Assembly (NCBI GenBank): GCA_964538375.1
Contig: CAZIFQ010000015.1
Coordinates: 13,425-77,424, forward strand
Reading direction: 5' to 3'
Source of the DNA: an uncultured Bacteroidaceae bacterium
GTDB lineage: Bacteria; Bacteroidota; Bacteroidia; Bacteroidales; GCA-2748055
DNA: 64,000 nt
In this document: positions 27,247 through 37,480 of the stretch, one piece after another
Numbering within the stretch: the stretch's first letter is position 1
Layout: the number at the start of each line of letters is the position of its first letter
Made by a program: the position numbers and the translations under genes
The notes under the pieces: model-generated
The model's input: the letters and a program-made list of their open reading frames with translations, nothing else
Databases searched by the model: none
Told to the model about the DNA's origin: nothing

Positions 27247-29889
27247 ATGAAAAAATTTATCCAGACATTGTTATTATTACTGGCATTTTCAAGTGTAAAT
27301 GCAACGCACAACCGTGCAGGGGAAATTACCCTGAAACAGTTGAATGAATTTACCTATGAGATAAATATCGCCACATTCACCTATACGCTAAGCCAGGCAG
27401 ACAGATCATCGTTGGAAGTTTCATGGGGCGATAATACCTTCTCATCTGCCACCAGGATTAGTAAAACCATGCTTCCCAATTTCTACCAGAAGAACATATA
27501 TACAACCCGGCATACCTTTCCAGGTGCCGGAACCTTTGAAATTGTAGTTCAGGATCCCAACCGCAACCTGGGCGTACAAAATATTCCAAACTCAGTAATG
27601 GTGGTCTTCTCCATAAAAACCACCATCACTATAAATCCGGCTTTGGGACCAAATTCAACGCCTGTTTTATTGAACCCACCTATCGACAGGGCTGCCCTGG
27701 ACCAGATTTTTATTCATAATCCTGCTGCCTACGATCCTGATGGTGACAGTCTATCCTATAAACTTACGGTATGCACAGAGGAAGACGGCAAACCAATTGC
27801 AGACTATGTACTGCCTTCCCATAGTGATACTATTTATATTGATCCCCTTACGGGAGACCTCACATGGATCACCCCGGATCAGTTAGGTATATATAACATC
27901 GCCATTGATATTGAAGAATGGCGCCAGGGTGTCAAGATTGGGAATATTGTACGCGACATGCAAATTGAGGTGCATGAGACTGACAATCAGCCACCAGTTA
28001 TTAACGCCATAGCCGATTACTGTGTTGAAGCCGGAAATGTGGTGGGCATGAAGGTTGTGGCAAATGACCCGGATAACAATTTGATTTCCCTTACTGCAGT
28101 CGGCGGACCTTTTGAGGTAAACACTTCTGCGGCCCAGTTCACACAATCGACTGAGGAATCATCAGCCGGACACAGCGAAGGAACATTTGCATGGCAAACC
28201 AACTGCAGTCACGCAAGGCAACAAGTATATACCGTTATTTTTAAAGCAGAGGATAATCACAGTGAGACACAACTGGTAGATCTAATAACTGTGAATATTA
28301 AAGTGATTGGTCCTGCGCCTGATGCTCCTGTATTAGTCCCCTCTTCAAATAGTATCAGTGTAAGCTGGATTGAAGATTCATGTGAATCAGTGGTCGGCTA
28401 CCATGTTTTTAGAAAACCGGGGCCCTCTGGGTATGTACATGATACATGCACAAACGGACTTCCGATAAGCACGGGTTATAAATTGATTGGTATTCTGACA
28501 GATCGGTCTGAAACCTTCTATTCTGATGAAAACAATGGTTCCGGTCTTGAGCAGGGAGCAGAATACTGTTATGTTATTGTTTCGGTCTATCCCGATGGTT
28601 CTTACAGCTTCCCAAGCGATGAGTCGTGTACTACGCTGATTGCTGGAACACCATCTTTCCTACAGGCCAGTGTGACCGATGACAGCCCTTCGGGCGACAT
28701 TGAACTCAGGTGGGCTCAACCCAGGGATCTCGATACCATTCCGGCCCTGGGACCATACGAATTTATAATCACCAGGCATCCCGATTTATACGGAAATAAT
28801 GTGGACCAGGTATTTAGTAAACAAACAGCAGATATTAGCGATACTGTATTTATTGATACAGATGTTGATACCAGAACCTTCCCCCATTCTTATAGCATCG
28901 TGTTATATAATAATGAATCCGGTAATCGTTTCGCAATAAGTGATACAATTATAAAACCCGAGATAGCTTCATCACTTATCCCGGAATTAATTGGCACAGA
29001 CAACCAGATTGAAATTAAAATGGTGAAAAATGTTCCCTGGATAAATTATGATTACACGATATTCAGGTACAATGATGGATTAGGAGACTTTGAAGAAATT
29101 GGATATACCACCGACCCCATTTATATGGACAAAGGTCTTGTAAATAACCAGGAGTATTGTTACAGGGTTGTTAGCACCGGGTGGAGAAGCATAGAAAACA
29201 GATTTTATGAAAACTCCAATATCAGTCATATCAACTGCACTGAGCCGGTTGACTCCATACCACCATGTACACCAATATTGAATGGGTATTCAGATTGTGA
29301 TGAATTCTGCAACTATCTTTCATGGAATTTTTCTGATGAAAGCTGCCTTGAAGATGTAAAATATTATAACCTCTATTATTCACCTTCAAATACCGGAACA
29401 CCTACACTTATCAATCCCTTAGACTCGCTTCTGAAAGAAGATAGCACTTATATAGATTGCCGGGATTTTAATGTTGAATCTTTATCTGGGTGCTATTACA
29501 TTTCAGCAGTAGATTATTATGGAAATGAATCTGATTTATCATCGCAATTATGCCTTGATGAATGTTCCAACTTCATCCTCCCTAATGTATTTTCACCAAA
29601 CAATGACATGGAAAATGACCTGTATATTTCACAAAAAACCGCTTACGTAGAAAAGGTGGATTTCCAGGTGTACAACAGGTGGGGATTGCTAGTTTTTAAT
29701 ACCGTTGATCCGGATATCAACTGGGATGGAAAGATAAATAACACGGACCGCCTGGTGTCCCCGGGCGTATATTACTATATATGCGAAGTTTTTGAACCCC
29801 GAATATCGGATGTAAATGCTTCCTACACATTAACCGGTTTTATCTATGTATTCTCAGGTACGGAAAATGATGTCTTTATTGAGAAATAA
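27247..29889 (+). CDS. T9SS type-B (gliding-motility-associated) C-terminal sorting domain protein with cadherin/Ig-like and FN3-like repeats (880 aa)
   Basis: A signal peptide is present. AYDPDGDSLSYKL and VANDPDNNLISL are cadherin-like segments. The C-terminal ~90 aa read PNVFSPNNDMENDLY...VYNRWGLLVF...WDGKINN...VSPGVYYYICEV, the type-B CTD pattern. Confidence 0.85.
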   Translation: MKKFIQTLLLLLAFSSVNATHNRAGEITLKQLNEFTYEINIATFTYTLSQADRSSLEVSWGDNTFSSATRISKTMLPNFYQKNIYTTRHTFPGAGTFEIVVQDPNRNLGVQNIPNSVMVVFSIKTTITINPALGPNSTPVLLNPPIDRAALDQIFIHNPAAYDPDGDSLSYKLTVCTEEDGKPIADYVLPSHSDTIYIDPLTGDLTWITPDQLGIYNIAIDIEEWRQGVKIGNIVRDMQIEVHETDNQPPVINAIADYCVEAGNVVGMKVVANDPDNNLISLTAVGGPFEVNTSAAQFTQSTEESSAGHSEGTFAWQTNCSHARQQVYTVIFKAEDNHSETQLVDLITVNIKVIGPAPDAPVLVPSSNSISVSWIEDSCESVVGYHVFRKPGPSGYVHDTCTNGLPISTGYKLIGILTDRSETFYSDENNGSGLEQGAEYCYVIVSVYPDGSYSFPSDESCTTLIAGTPSFLQASVTDDSPSGDIELRWAQPRDLDTIPALGPYEFIITRHPDLYGNNVDQVFSKQTADISDTVFIDTDVDTRTFPHSYSIVLYNNESGNRFAISDTIIKPEIASSLIPELIGTDNQIEIKMVKNVPWINYDYTIFRYNDGLGDFEEIGYTTDPIYMDKGLVNNQEYCYRVVSTGWRSIENRFYENSNISHINCTEPVDSIPPCTPILNGYSDCDEFCNYLSWNFSDESCLEDVKYYNLYYSPSNTGTPTLINPLDSLLKEDSTYIDCRDFNVESLSGCYYISAVDYYGNESDLSSQLCLDECSNFILPNVFSPNNDMENDLYISQKTAYVEKVDFQVYNRWGLLVFNTVDPDINWDGKINNTDRLVSPGVYYYICEVFEPRISDVNASYTLTGFIYVFSGTENDVFIEK

Positions 29890-29890
29890 T

Positions 29891-31102
29891 ATGAAAATGA
29901 AAAACATTTTTTTAGCCATAATAGTCCTATTTCTTTTTCAGCAGGTCACCTGCCAGCAAAAGCCAGAGGATTATCTCAAGGCCATGTCTCAATTGCAGAT
30001 GGAGAATTATGATTCATCCCTGCACTATTTCAATAAAGCCATTGCCGTAAATTCCAGCGATTATACTGCCATTTTCAACCGGGGTATGCTCTATTATGCT
30101 ATGTCAGAATTTCCTGCTGCCAGCAAGGATTTCAGGTTGGTAAATAAGCGCTTCCCGGGGAAAGCGAGCCTAATGCTTTCGAAAACAGAAGCAAAATTGA
30201 ATCACCTGGATATTGCTATCAAGTACCTGAGGGAACACCTGGAATCAAATTATAAGATTCCGGAAAAAGAAATTCTTTTGGATCCTGATTTCAATAAACT
30301 TGAAGGAACTTTGGAATGGAAGAAGCTTTGGAGGGAAAAGGAGTGGTATCGTCCAAACGAAATAGAGCTGCAGGAAGCCCGCTATCTCATGAATACAGAA
30401 GAGCACCTTGAAGCTCTCAACGCATTGCAAGCTCTTGAAAAACAAGGATCCAACCGCTCCCTGATCTTCCAGTATAAAGCCGAAATATATTTACATACAG
30501 GTAATAAAAAGGCAGCGATGGAGGAATTGACAAAATCCATCAAGTCGGACTATAGAAACCTGGAAGCGTTAAATCTAAGGGCCAATATGTATTATGAGCA
30601 AGATGAATTTGAGGACGCACTGTCTGACTGCAAAAATATACTCCGGCAGAATCCTGCATCATTCGAGCACTATATTTTATCGGCCAAATTGAAAAATGAA
30701 CTTAATGACTATGATGGTGCATTAAAGGACATGAATACTTATTTGGAGCTGTTTCCCGCAGCTCACAATAGCTTTTATGAAACAGGAAATATCCATTTCG
30801 CACAAGGAAGGTATCTGAATGCCATCGCTTCCTACAATCGTGCGCTGGGACTATATGAAGGAAATGCAAACTATTATTATGCCAGGGGAAGAGCATACGC
30901 GGCAACAGGCACTCATAAATACGCAGAAAGAGATTTTTCTATGTCATTGGACCTTGATCCTTTATCAGCAGACACATGGTATGCTAAAGGGCTAACGGAT
31001 ATGGAACTGGGACACAGGGAAAAAGCATGTTTTGACTTCCGAAAAGCAATGCAATACGGAATTTTTGAAGCGAGAGATTATATTGAAGAACTTTGTAAAT
31101 AG
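29891..31102 (+). CDS. TPR-repeat protein with signal peptide (403 aa from ATG 29891)
   Basis: The signal peptide is MKMKNIFLAIIVLFLFQQVTC. Multiple 34-aa TPR-like units follow (A..YFNKAIAVN, YNRALGLYEGNANYYYARGRAY, DFSMSLDLDP). The track start at 29846 overlaps the upstream gene by 44 nt and is less likely. Confidence 0.8.
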   Translation: MKMKNIFLAIIVLFLFQQVTCQQKPEDYLKAMSQLQMENYDSSLHYFNKAIAVNSSDYTAIFNRGMLYYAMSEFPAASKDFRLVNKRFPGKASLMLSKTEAKLNHLDIAIKYLREHLESNYKIPEKEILLDPDFNKLEGTLEWKKLWREKEWYRPNEIELQEARYLMNTEEHLEALNALQALEKQGSNRSLIFQYKAEIYLHTGNKKAAMEELTKSIKSDYRNLEALNLRANMYYEQDEFEDALSDCKNILRQNPASFEHYILSAKLKNELNDYDGALKDMNTYLELFPAAHNSFYETGNIHFAQGRYLNAIASYNRALGLYEGNANYYYARGRAYAATGTHKYAERDFSMSLDLDPLSADTWYAKGLTDMELGHREKACFDFRKAMQYGIFEARDYIEELCK

Positions 31103-31105
31103 ATT

Positions 31106-31636
31106 ATGGAAAATAGCGAAAGAGCCCAAAAACAAACTGAAGAAGAGAGAAAATATATTCAATCTCTGCGTTCTGGCAATAAGAAGGCCATCATTGATAT
31201 AATTAAAGAGATTCGGAAGCGTGGCAGGACTACTATCTTGCCTGAAGTATTTGAGCTGATGGCCACCACTGAAGATGCTGAAGTGAAAGATACTGCTGTA
31301 AAACTACTTAGTGACCTGAGAAATAAAGAAGTTATTCCTGTAATGATAGATGCTATTGCTGATGATAGTTTTGTGTCGATACAAAAAGAGTTGATAGGTT
31401 CTTGCTGGCAAAGCGGACTGGATTATCATGAGCATATTATGGTCTTTATAGATGCTGCTATCAAAAGTGATTACGGCTCTGCGCTGGAAGCATTTACAGT
31501 TATTGAAAACAGCATTGCCCAGGTTGAAGATGCTGAAAGAAAAAAGTGCCTCCAAAAATTAGAAAAGGGATTAAAAAATACTCCAGAAGAAAAACTGCCT
31601 TTGATAAAGGAGTTGATTCAAATGGTGAAAAAGTGA
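31106..31636 (+). CDS. Hypothetical all-helical (HEAT/armadillo-like) protein, 176 aa
   Basis: Its start lies 3 nt after the TPR gene stop. Repeated amphipathic helices include AEVKDTAVKLLSDLRNKEVIPVMIDAI. No signal peptide. Confidence 0.55.
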   Translation: MENSERAQKQTEEERKYIQSLRSGNKKAIIDIIKEIRKRGRTTILPEVFELMATTEDAEVKDTAVKLLSDLRNKEVIPVMIDAIADDSFVSIQKELIGSCWQSGLDYHEHIMVFIDAAIKSDYGSALEAFTVIENSIAQVEDAERKKCLQKLEKGLKNTPEEKLPLIKELIQMVKK

Positions 31637-31665
31637 GAAAATCTCACACGAGCATAGCGAGTTTT

Positions 31666-32643
31666 CTATTGATGTTTTGAGAAGTATTTTATGAACTGCG
31701 CTCTCTCATACGCAGCTGGATCTTCCAAATTTGCATAATTCATCTTTCCCCTGAACTCATCAATAGAACGGTATTGCTTCTTCTCCATCCATGCTTTCAA
31801 ATCAGCATTCATTCGTCCTAAATACTGAACCCCGTTTTTATAAAGTACAGAACATACCTGCACCACCTCAGCACCTGCAAGTAATTGTTTAACCACATCT
31901 GAGGCACTGTGTACACCTGTTGATGCAGCAATCTGAATCTTATCAACCTCAGCTGAGATAATTCCAACCCAACGCAAAGCATTTCGTATTTCAGCTGGTG
32001 TGCTGAATATATCTGCTGCACCTATGCTTAAATCGTCGGTATTGATATCCGGCGCATAGAACCTGTTGAAAAGTACAACTGCTGATGCCCCTCTCTGGTA
32101 AAGCTGGTCCACCATCCAGGTCAGATTGGTAAAATGTGAGCCCAGTTTTACAATAACAGGAATAGATACTTTACTTTTTACAGATGAGACTATATCCAGG
32201 TACACTTGTTCAAAATCCCTGGGATCTTTTTTCTTATCATTGGCCAAATAAAAGATATTCAATTCTATAGCATCAGCTCCAGACTCCTCCATGCGGACTG
32301 TGAAATCTACCCACTCATCACTGGTATAGCAATTGACACTTGCAATTACAGGTATATCAACCGCATCCTTCGCTTCAGAAATCAACTTCAAATAGTTTTC
32401 TACGGAGTGCTCCCTTGCATAAGTTTTAAGGTAATCACCAGCTTCAGGGTAATCGCTTCCTGATTCCATTTCACCTATTTCGTATTGTATCTGCTCTTCA
32501 AAAAGTGACTTCAACACTATTGCCCCGGCTCCTTCGGATGCTATTTTTTCTATCCTTGAAACAGAATTGGTAAGTCCGCTACTTGAAACTATGATTGGAC
32601 TTTTTAATTTCAAACCTACGTAATCAACTGAGAGATCGATCAT
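31666..32643 (-). CDS. Dihydroorotate dehydrogenase-like (class 1 PyrD-fold, FMN TIM-barrel) protein
   Basis: YVGLKLKSPIIVSSSGLT, AGAIVLKS, ADAIELN and STGVHSASDVVKQLLAGA follow the pattern of DHOD-like proteins. Confidence 0.75.
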   Translation of the reverse strand: MIDLSVDYVGLKLKSPIIVSSSGLTNSVSRIEKIASEGAGAIVLKSLFEEQIQYEIGEMESGSDYPEAGDYLKTYAREHSVENYLKLISEAKDAVDIPVIASVNCYTSDEWVDFTVRMEESGADAIELNIFYLANDKKKDPRDFEQVYLDIVSSVKSKVSIPVIVKLGSHFTNLTWMVDQLYQRGASAVVLFNRFYAPDINTDDLSIGAADIFSTPAEIRNALRWVGIISAEVDKIQIAASTGVHSASDVVKQLLAGAEVVQVCSVLYKNGVQYLGRMNADLKAWMEKKQYRSIDEFRGKMNYANLEDPAAYERAQFIKYFSKHQ

Positions 32644-32654
32644 GATACTTCTAT

Positions 32655-33326
32655 TTATAAATAATTTCTTGGTCCAAAAATAAGACTCCCCACACGGATC
32701 ATAGTACTTTTCTCTTCGATGGCTATTTGATAGTCCCCTGACATCCCCATCGAAATTTCCTTAAAGAAGTCGCTATTCTTAAAAAACCCTTCTTTTGTAT
32801 CTTCAAATATACGTTTTAGCATCCGAAATTCCAGCTTCACCTGTTCAATATCATCTGTATAGGTTGCCATTCCCATCAGTCCCATGATATTAATATGTTT
32901 CATTGCGGCAAACTCTTCGCTATTCAGCAATTCCTTCAATTCAATACCTGACAGTCCAAATTTGGTCTGTTCATCAGCGATATGGATCTGTAGCAGACAG
33001 TTGATCGATCTTCCCAGCTTCTCCCCTTCCCTATCAATAACCTTCAGCAATTTCAAGCTATCAACACCATGGATGAGATAGACGAAAGGAGCAATAAATT
33101 TAACCTTATTGGACTGCAAATGGCCAATCATATGCCACTTGATTGATTTGGGAAGTTCTTCTGCTTTTGCTACCAGGTCCTGTACCTTGTTTTCACCAAA
33201 ATCATGATGCCCAGCCCTGTATAGGTCAAGGATCATACTTGCAGGTTTGGTTTTTGATACTGCTACCAGGGTAACAGCACCAGGAATATTATTCCGGATA
33301 CTATTAAGATTCTTTACAATATCCAT
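32655..33326 (-). CDS. yggS: YggS-family pyridoxal-phosphate homeostasis protein
   Basis: LVAVSKTKP carries the PLP lysine. FGENKVQ, WHMIGHLQSNK and SMGMSGDYQIAIEEKSTMIRVGSLIFG are further family segments. Confidence 0.9.
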   Translation of the reverse strand: MDIVKNLNSIRNNIPGAVTLVAVSKTKPASMILDLYRAGHHDFGENKVQDLVAKAEELPKSIKWHMIGHLQSNKVKFIAPFVYLIHGVDSLKLLKVIDREGEKLGRSINCLLQIHIADEQTKFGLSGIELKELLNSEEFAAMKHINIMGLMGMATYTDDIEQVKLEFRMLKRIFEDTKEGFFKNSDFFKEISMGMSGDYQIAIEEKSTMIRVGSLIFGPRNYL

Positions 33327-33333
33327 TTGATCT

Positions 33334-34581
33334 TTAATCTAATGAATGAATAACCAGGCCGCTACGCAGTTTAGGTTCAAACCAGGTGGTCTTTGGAGGC
33401 ATGATCATATCGTTGTCGGCTATATCCATCAGTTGCTTCATTGATACCGGATACATGGCAAACGCAACCTGCATCTCGCCACTATCCACCAATTTCCTCA
33501 ATTCTTCCAAGCCCCTTATTCCACCTACGAAATCTATCCTTTTTGACTTTCTCAAATCTGTGATATCCAATACCGGTCCAAGTACCTGGTCCGACAAAAT
33601 GGTTACATCGAGGCATCCAATAGGGTCATCATCGTTATAGGTTGATTCCTTTGCTTTAAGTGAAAACCAGGTGCCTTCCATATACATGCTGAAAGTGTGG
33701 AGTTCGTCCGGTTTAAAAATCTCCTTTCCAATCTCAGTGACAGTAAATCCTTTGTCTAGTGCACTGAGAAATTGTTTTGGAGAAAGTTCATTCAGGTCGG
33801 TTACCACCCGGTTGTAATCTATAATTGACAGTTGAGATTCAGGAAAATGCACCGCCAGAAAATAGTTGTACTCTTCTTCCCCTGTATGATTTGGATTGTT
33901 TTGTTTTCTTTCATTTCCTACCAGGGCTGCGGCCGCTGTCCTATGATGTCCGTCAGCCACATAAGTATAAGGTATATCATTTTTAAAATAGCCAACGATA
34001 TCTGCGATATCACTGTCTTTGTCGATTAACCAAAAATGGTGTCCAACATTGTCACGGGTCACAAAATCATATTCAGGATCTTTGGCAATAACTCTTGCAA
34101 CAATCTTATCAATTCCCTCGTGATCAGGATAGGCGAAAAAAACCGGCTCAGCATTGAAATTTGAAATGCGAATATGGTTCATCCTGTCCTCTTCCTTATC
34201 GGGTCTTGTGAGCTCATGTTTTTTGATAACTTCTGACATATAATCTTCAACAGAAGCACAACCAACAATACCATATTGTGTCTTACCAAACATTGTCTGG
34301 GCATATACATACAGCATGTCCTTTTCATCCTGAACAAAAAAACCATTTTTGATCAGGGTGTTCAGGTTCTCTTTTGCTTTGTTATACACTTCCCGGGAAT
34401 GCAAGTCAATATTTACATCAAGATCGACCTCAGGTTTTACCACATGTAAAAAGGAATGTGGATTTCCTTCAACTTCCACTCTTGCCTCGGCAGAGTTTAA
34501 CACATCATACGGTCTGGATGCGACATCCTTCACTTTATCCACGGGGGGTCTGAAACCCTTGAATGGTTTTAATACAGCCAT
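33334..34581 (-). CDS. DUF1015 domain-containing protein
   Basis: MAVLKPFKGFRPPVDKVKDVASRPYDVL, YVADGHHR and TWFEPKLRSGL are hallmark DUF1015 segments. Confidence 0.8.
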   Translation of the reverse strand: MAVLKPFKGFRPPVDKVKDVASRPYDVLNSAEARVEVEGNPHSFLHVVKPEVDLDVNIDLHSREVYNKAKENLNTLIKNGFFVQDEKDMLYVYAQTMFGKTQYGIVGCASVEDYMSEVIKKHELTRPDKEEDRMNHIRISNFNAEPVFFAYPDHEGIDKIVARVIAKDPEYDFVTRDNVGHHFWLIDKDSDIADIVGYFKNDIPYTYVADGHHRTAAAALVGNERKQNNPNHTGEEEYNYFLAVHFPESQLSIIDYNRVVTDLNELSPKQFLSALDKGFTVTEIGKEIFKPDELHTFSMYMEGTWFSLKAKESTYNDDDPIGCLDVTILSDQVLGPVLDITDLRKSKRIDFVGGIRGLEELRKLVDSGEMQVAFAMYPVSMKQLMDIADNDMIMPPKTTWFEPKLRSGLVIHSLD

Positions 34582-34620
34582 AGTAAGAATCTTTAGAGAT
34601 AATTAATAAAGAAACAAAAA

Positions 34621-35541
34621 TTAGTTCACTTTATACGTGGTATCACCAGTATGCAGATAAGCAACAATTTGCTTAGCGGCAGCCACTCCGGCATTCAGAT
34701 TTGCTTCAGCCGTTTGCGCTCCACTTTTCTTTGGAGTGAAGAAGTATCTTCCTTCGAATTTACTTACAATCTCATCTTTGCAATCAGGTGCAATATCTGA
34801 GATGTACCTGAAATCTTCACGTTTTTCAAATACCTTAATAAGAGAAGCTTCATCAATCACCTCTTTACGAGCGGTATTAACGAGGGTTGCTCCCTGTGGC
34901 ATGACAGACAATAGCTGTTCATTTATTGAGTTCTTAGTCTGCTCATTTGCAGGAATATGCAAAGAAATATATTGACATTTCTTGTAAAGGGCTTCCACAT
35001 TTTCCACCCAGGTAACACCATCGTGCTCAATAACTGCTTTTTCAACATAAGGATCATAGGCATATACCAACATGCCCATTCCCCTGGCAATCTGTGCTAC
35101 TAATCTTCCAACATAACCGTAGGCATGGATTCCAATCTTTTTTCGACGCAGTTCGGTTCCTGGCTTTCCGTTGTATCCGTTCCTGTTAAGAAATAGCATC
35201 ATCCCAAAAGCAAGCTCCGCAACAGCATTCGAATTCTGACCTGGTGTATTCATTACAACCACATCTTTATCTGTAGCTACCTGAAGATCAACATTGTCAT
35301 ACCCGGCACCAGCCCTGACAACTATTTTCAGTTCAGGTGCAGCGTCCATTACCTCTTTATCAATCTTATCACTGCGAATGATAAGTGCGTGTACATCAGT
35401 AACGGCAGCAATCAATTCACTTTTCTCTGAATATTTCTCAAGCAATCTTACCTCATCACCTGATGCTTCAAACACCTGCTTTACTTCTGCTACAGCTTCT
35501 TTTGAAAATGGCTTCTCGGTAGCAATTAATATTTTACTCAT
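34621..35541 (-). CDS. serA: D-3-phosphoglycerate dehydrogenase (short, 2-hydroxyacid dehydrogenase family)
   Basis: GIHAYGYVGRLVA is the NAD GxGxxG motif. The catalytic R/E/H context is SLHIP...LVNTARKEVID. It lies directly downstream of serC. Confidence 0.8.
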   Translation of the reverse strand: MSKILIATEKPFSKEAVAEVKQVFEASGDEVRLLEKYSEKSELIAAVTDVHALIIRSDKIDKEVMDAAPELKIVVRAGAGYDNVDLQVATDKDVVVMNTPGQNSNAVAELAFGMMLFLNRNGYNGKPGTELRRKKIGIHAYGYVGRLVAQIARGMGMLVYAYDPYVEKAVIEHDGVTWVENVEALYKKCQYISLHIPANEQTKNSINEQLLSVMPQGATLVNTARKEVIDEASLIKVFEKREDFRYISDIAPDCKDEIVSKFEGRYFFTPKKSGAQTAEANLNAGVAAAKQIVAYLHTGDTTYKVN

Positions 35542-35551
35542 CTCTATAAGA

Positions 35552-36622
35552 TTAATTATTTTTTTCGAATTCTTTCATTGTGTCTATAAGAGCCTGCACG
35601 CTTGACAGAGGCATTGCATTATAGATAGATCCCCTGAAACCGCCTACTGATCTGTGTCCTTTTATTCCTATCATTCCTTTTCCTGTTGCAAACGCAAGGA
35701 AATCAGCTTCCAGCTCCTTGTAGCTGTCATCCATAACGAATGTAACATTCATGATGGAACGGTCTTTAACATTAGTAATATTCGACTTAAACATTTTATT
35801 CCTGTCGATCTCATTGTATAGAACTTTTGCCTTCTCGACGTTCATTTTATACATTGCGTCTACTCCACCCTGTTGCTTAAACCACTCCAGTGTTTTCAGC
35901 GCTGCAAAAACAGGCACTACCGGGGGTGTATTAAACATAGACTCCTTATCAATATGTGTTTGATAATTCAGCATGGTAGGTATCTGCCTGTCAACTTTAC
36001 CCAGCATATCGTCTTTCACAATAACAAAGGTAACTCCAGCAGGGGCCAGGTTTTTCTGAGCACCACCATAGATTAAAGCATATTTTGAAATATCCACCGG
36101 GCGGCTGAAAATATCTGATGACATATCGGCAATCAAAGGAATTCCAACCTCGATATCTTCCCTTATCTCCGTACCATAAATTGTATTATTGGTAGTGATA
36201 TGAAAATAGTCAGCATCCTGGGGCACCTTGTAGCCCTTTGGAATATATGAATATGTAGCATCTTTCGAAGATGCAACAACGTCTACTTCACCAAAGATTT
36301 TAGCTTCTTTGATGGCTTTTGCTGCCCATGCTCCTGTATCAAGATAAGCGGCTTTCTTCGCGAAAAAGTTATAGGGTACCATACAAAATTGCATGCTAGC
36401 CCCTCCTCCGAGAAATACTACGGAGTAACCTTCAGGGATATCAAGTAATTCTTTAAAAAGAGCAGTAGCCTGATCCATTACCGCTACAAATTCTTTACTT
36501 CTGTGAGAGACTTCCATAATGGATAATCCCATATCGCTAAAATTCATAATTGCATCAGAGGTCTGTTTAATGGTATACTCTGATAAAATTGAGGGTCCCG
36601 CCGAAAAGTTGTGCTTCTTCAT
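35552..36622 (-). CDS. serC: 3-phosphoserine aminotransferase
   Basis: [20 protein letters not shown] and [14 protein letters not shown] (PLP lysine) are present, and the protein is 356 aa. Confidence 0.9.
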   Translation of the reverse strand: MKKHNFSAGPSILSEYTIKQTSDAIMNFSDMGLSIMEVSHRSKEFVAVMDQATALFKELLDIPEGYSVVFLGGGASMQFCMVPYNFFAKKAAYLDTGAWAAKAIKEAKIFGEVDVVASSKDATYSYIPKGYKVPQDADYFHITTNNTIYGTEIREDIEVGIPLIADMSSDIFSRPVDISKYALIYGGAQKNLAPAGVTFVIVKDDMLGKVDRQIPTMLNYQTHIDKESMFNTPPVVPVFAALKTLEWFKQQGGVDAMYKMNVEKAKVLYNEIDRNKMFKSNITNVKDRSIMNVTFVMDDSYKELEADFLAFATGKGMIGIKGHRSVGGFRGSIYNAMPLSSVQALIDTMKEFEKNN

Positions 36623-36662
36623 ATCTATTTGGTTTAAAAAATATCGTTAAAGGAATAACAGC

Positions 36663-36670
36663 CAAAATTA
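36663..36670 (-). promoter_or_regulatory. -7 box TAATTTTG (minus strand) for the serC operon
   Basis: The plus strand reads CAAAATTA. This is an exact TAnnTTTG about 41 nt upstream of the ATG at 36622. Confidence 0.4.
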
Positions 36671-36747
36671 CAATTTCAAAAAATCATCACAAAAACAAGA
36701 AGGTTTAGTTATAAGCTATTAGTTAACAATTGCGATTTGTTAAAATT

Positions 36748-37458
36748 TTAAAGAACTGAGAGATAATCATCCACCAGGTAAGGTACTATTGATGTCTGGT
36801 CAAAGGTATGACAATATCCGATTACATCATCCAATCCATTCAATTTTAGCCGCTGTTTCTGTGCAACCTTTTGAATATAGCCCATCAGATCATTCTTCGC
36901 AACATTATAAAGGTCTATCGCTCCGTTGGTACCATCGCATATAGTTTCATATTTTTCTGATTCAAGCACCTGCTGAGCCAATGCCCCGGCAAACATGCTA
37001 TCTTCAAGATTAAATTTATTTTTCCATCCTGCGCAGAGGATCAGGAGATCCCTGTCTGATTCAATGATATAATCAGCCAATGCCTGCAGATTCAGATATG
37101 CACCAATAAGCACCTGGTAAGCGCTGGATGCCATCTGAATGGCATTGGTACCGTTGGTGGTTGAATAGACAATGTGTTTGCCTTCCACCATCTCCTGGGT
37201 AAAGTTGTATGGTGAGTTGCCAAAATCAGCAAAATCCCTTACGATTCCATCTCTCTCAGCAGCGACCATGTATCCTTCGTCCTTATATTTCTTCGCCTCT
37301 TCCAGGGTCCCAACAGGAATAATCCTTTCAACGCCATTCATAAATGCAGTAACAATAGCCGAACTGGCTCTTAAAACATCTGTTACAACAACGATGGCTC
37401 CCCTGTTTTCATAAGCAGGATAGAGTGCCGGGCTAAAACAAACTTCTATTTTATTCAT
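36748..37458 (-). CDS. 2-phosphosulfolactate phosphatase (ComB) family protein
   Basis: VVVTDVLRASSAIVTA, AAERDG and YSTTNGT match the ComB-family order. 236 aa. Confidence 0.75.
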   Translation of the reverse strand: MNKIEVCFSPALYPAYENRGAIVVVTDVLRASSAIVTAFMNGVERIIPVGTLEEAKKYKDEGYMVAAERDGIVRDFADFGNSPYNFTQEMVEGKHIVYSTTNGTNAIQMASSAYQVLIGAYLNLQALADYIIESDRDLLILCAGWKNKFNLEDSMFAGALAQQVLESEKYETICDGTNGAIDLYNVAKNDLMGYIQKVAQKQRLKLNGLDDVIGYCHTFDQTSIVPYLVDDYLSVL

Positions 37459-37480
37459 ATTTTCCCCTCAACTATTCATG

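Noticed and set aside
29846-29890. Upstream start (29846) for the TPR protein, giving a 44-nt overlap with the T9SS cargo gene
   Set aside because: The ATG at 29891 lies 1 nt after the upstream stop and is immediately followed by a typical signal peptide. The extra 15 residues (MYSQVRKMMSLLRNN) would bury that signal peptide.
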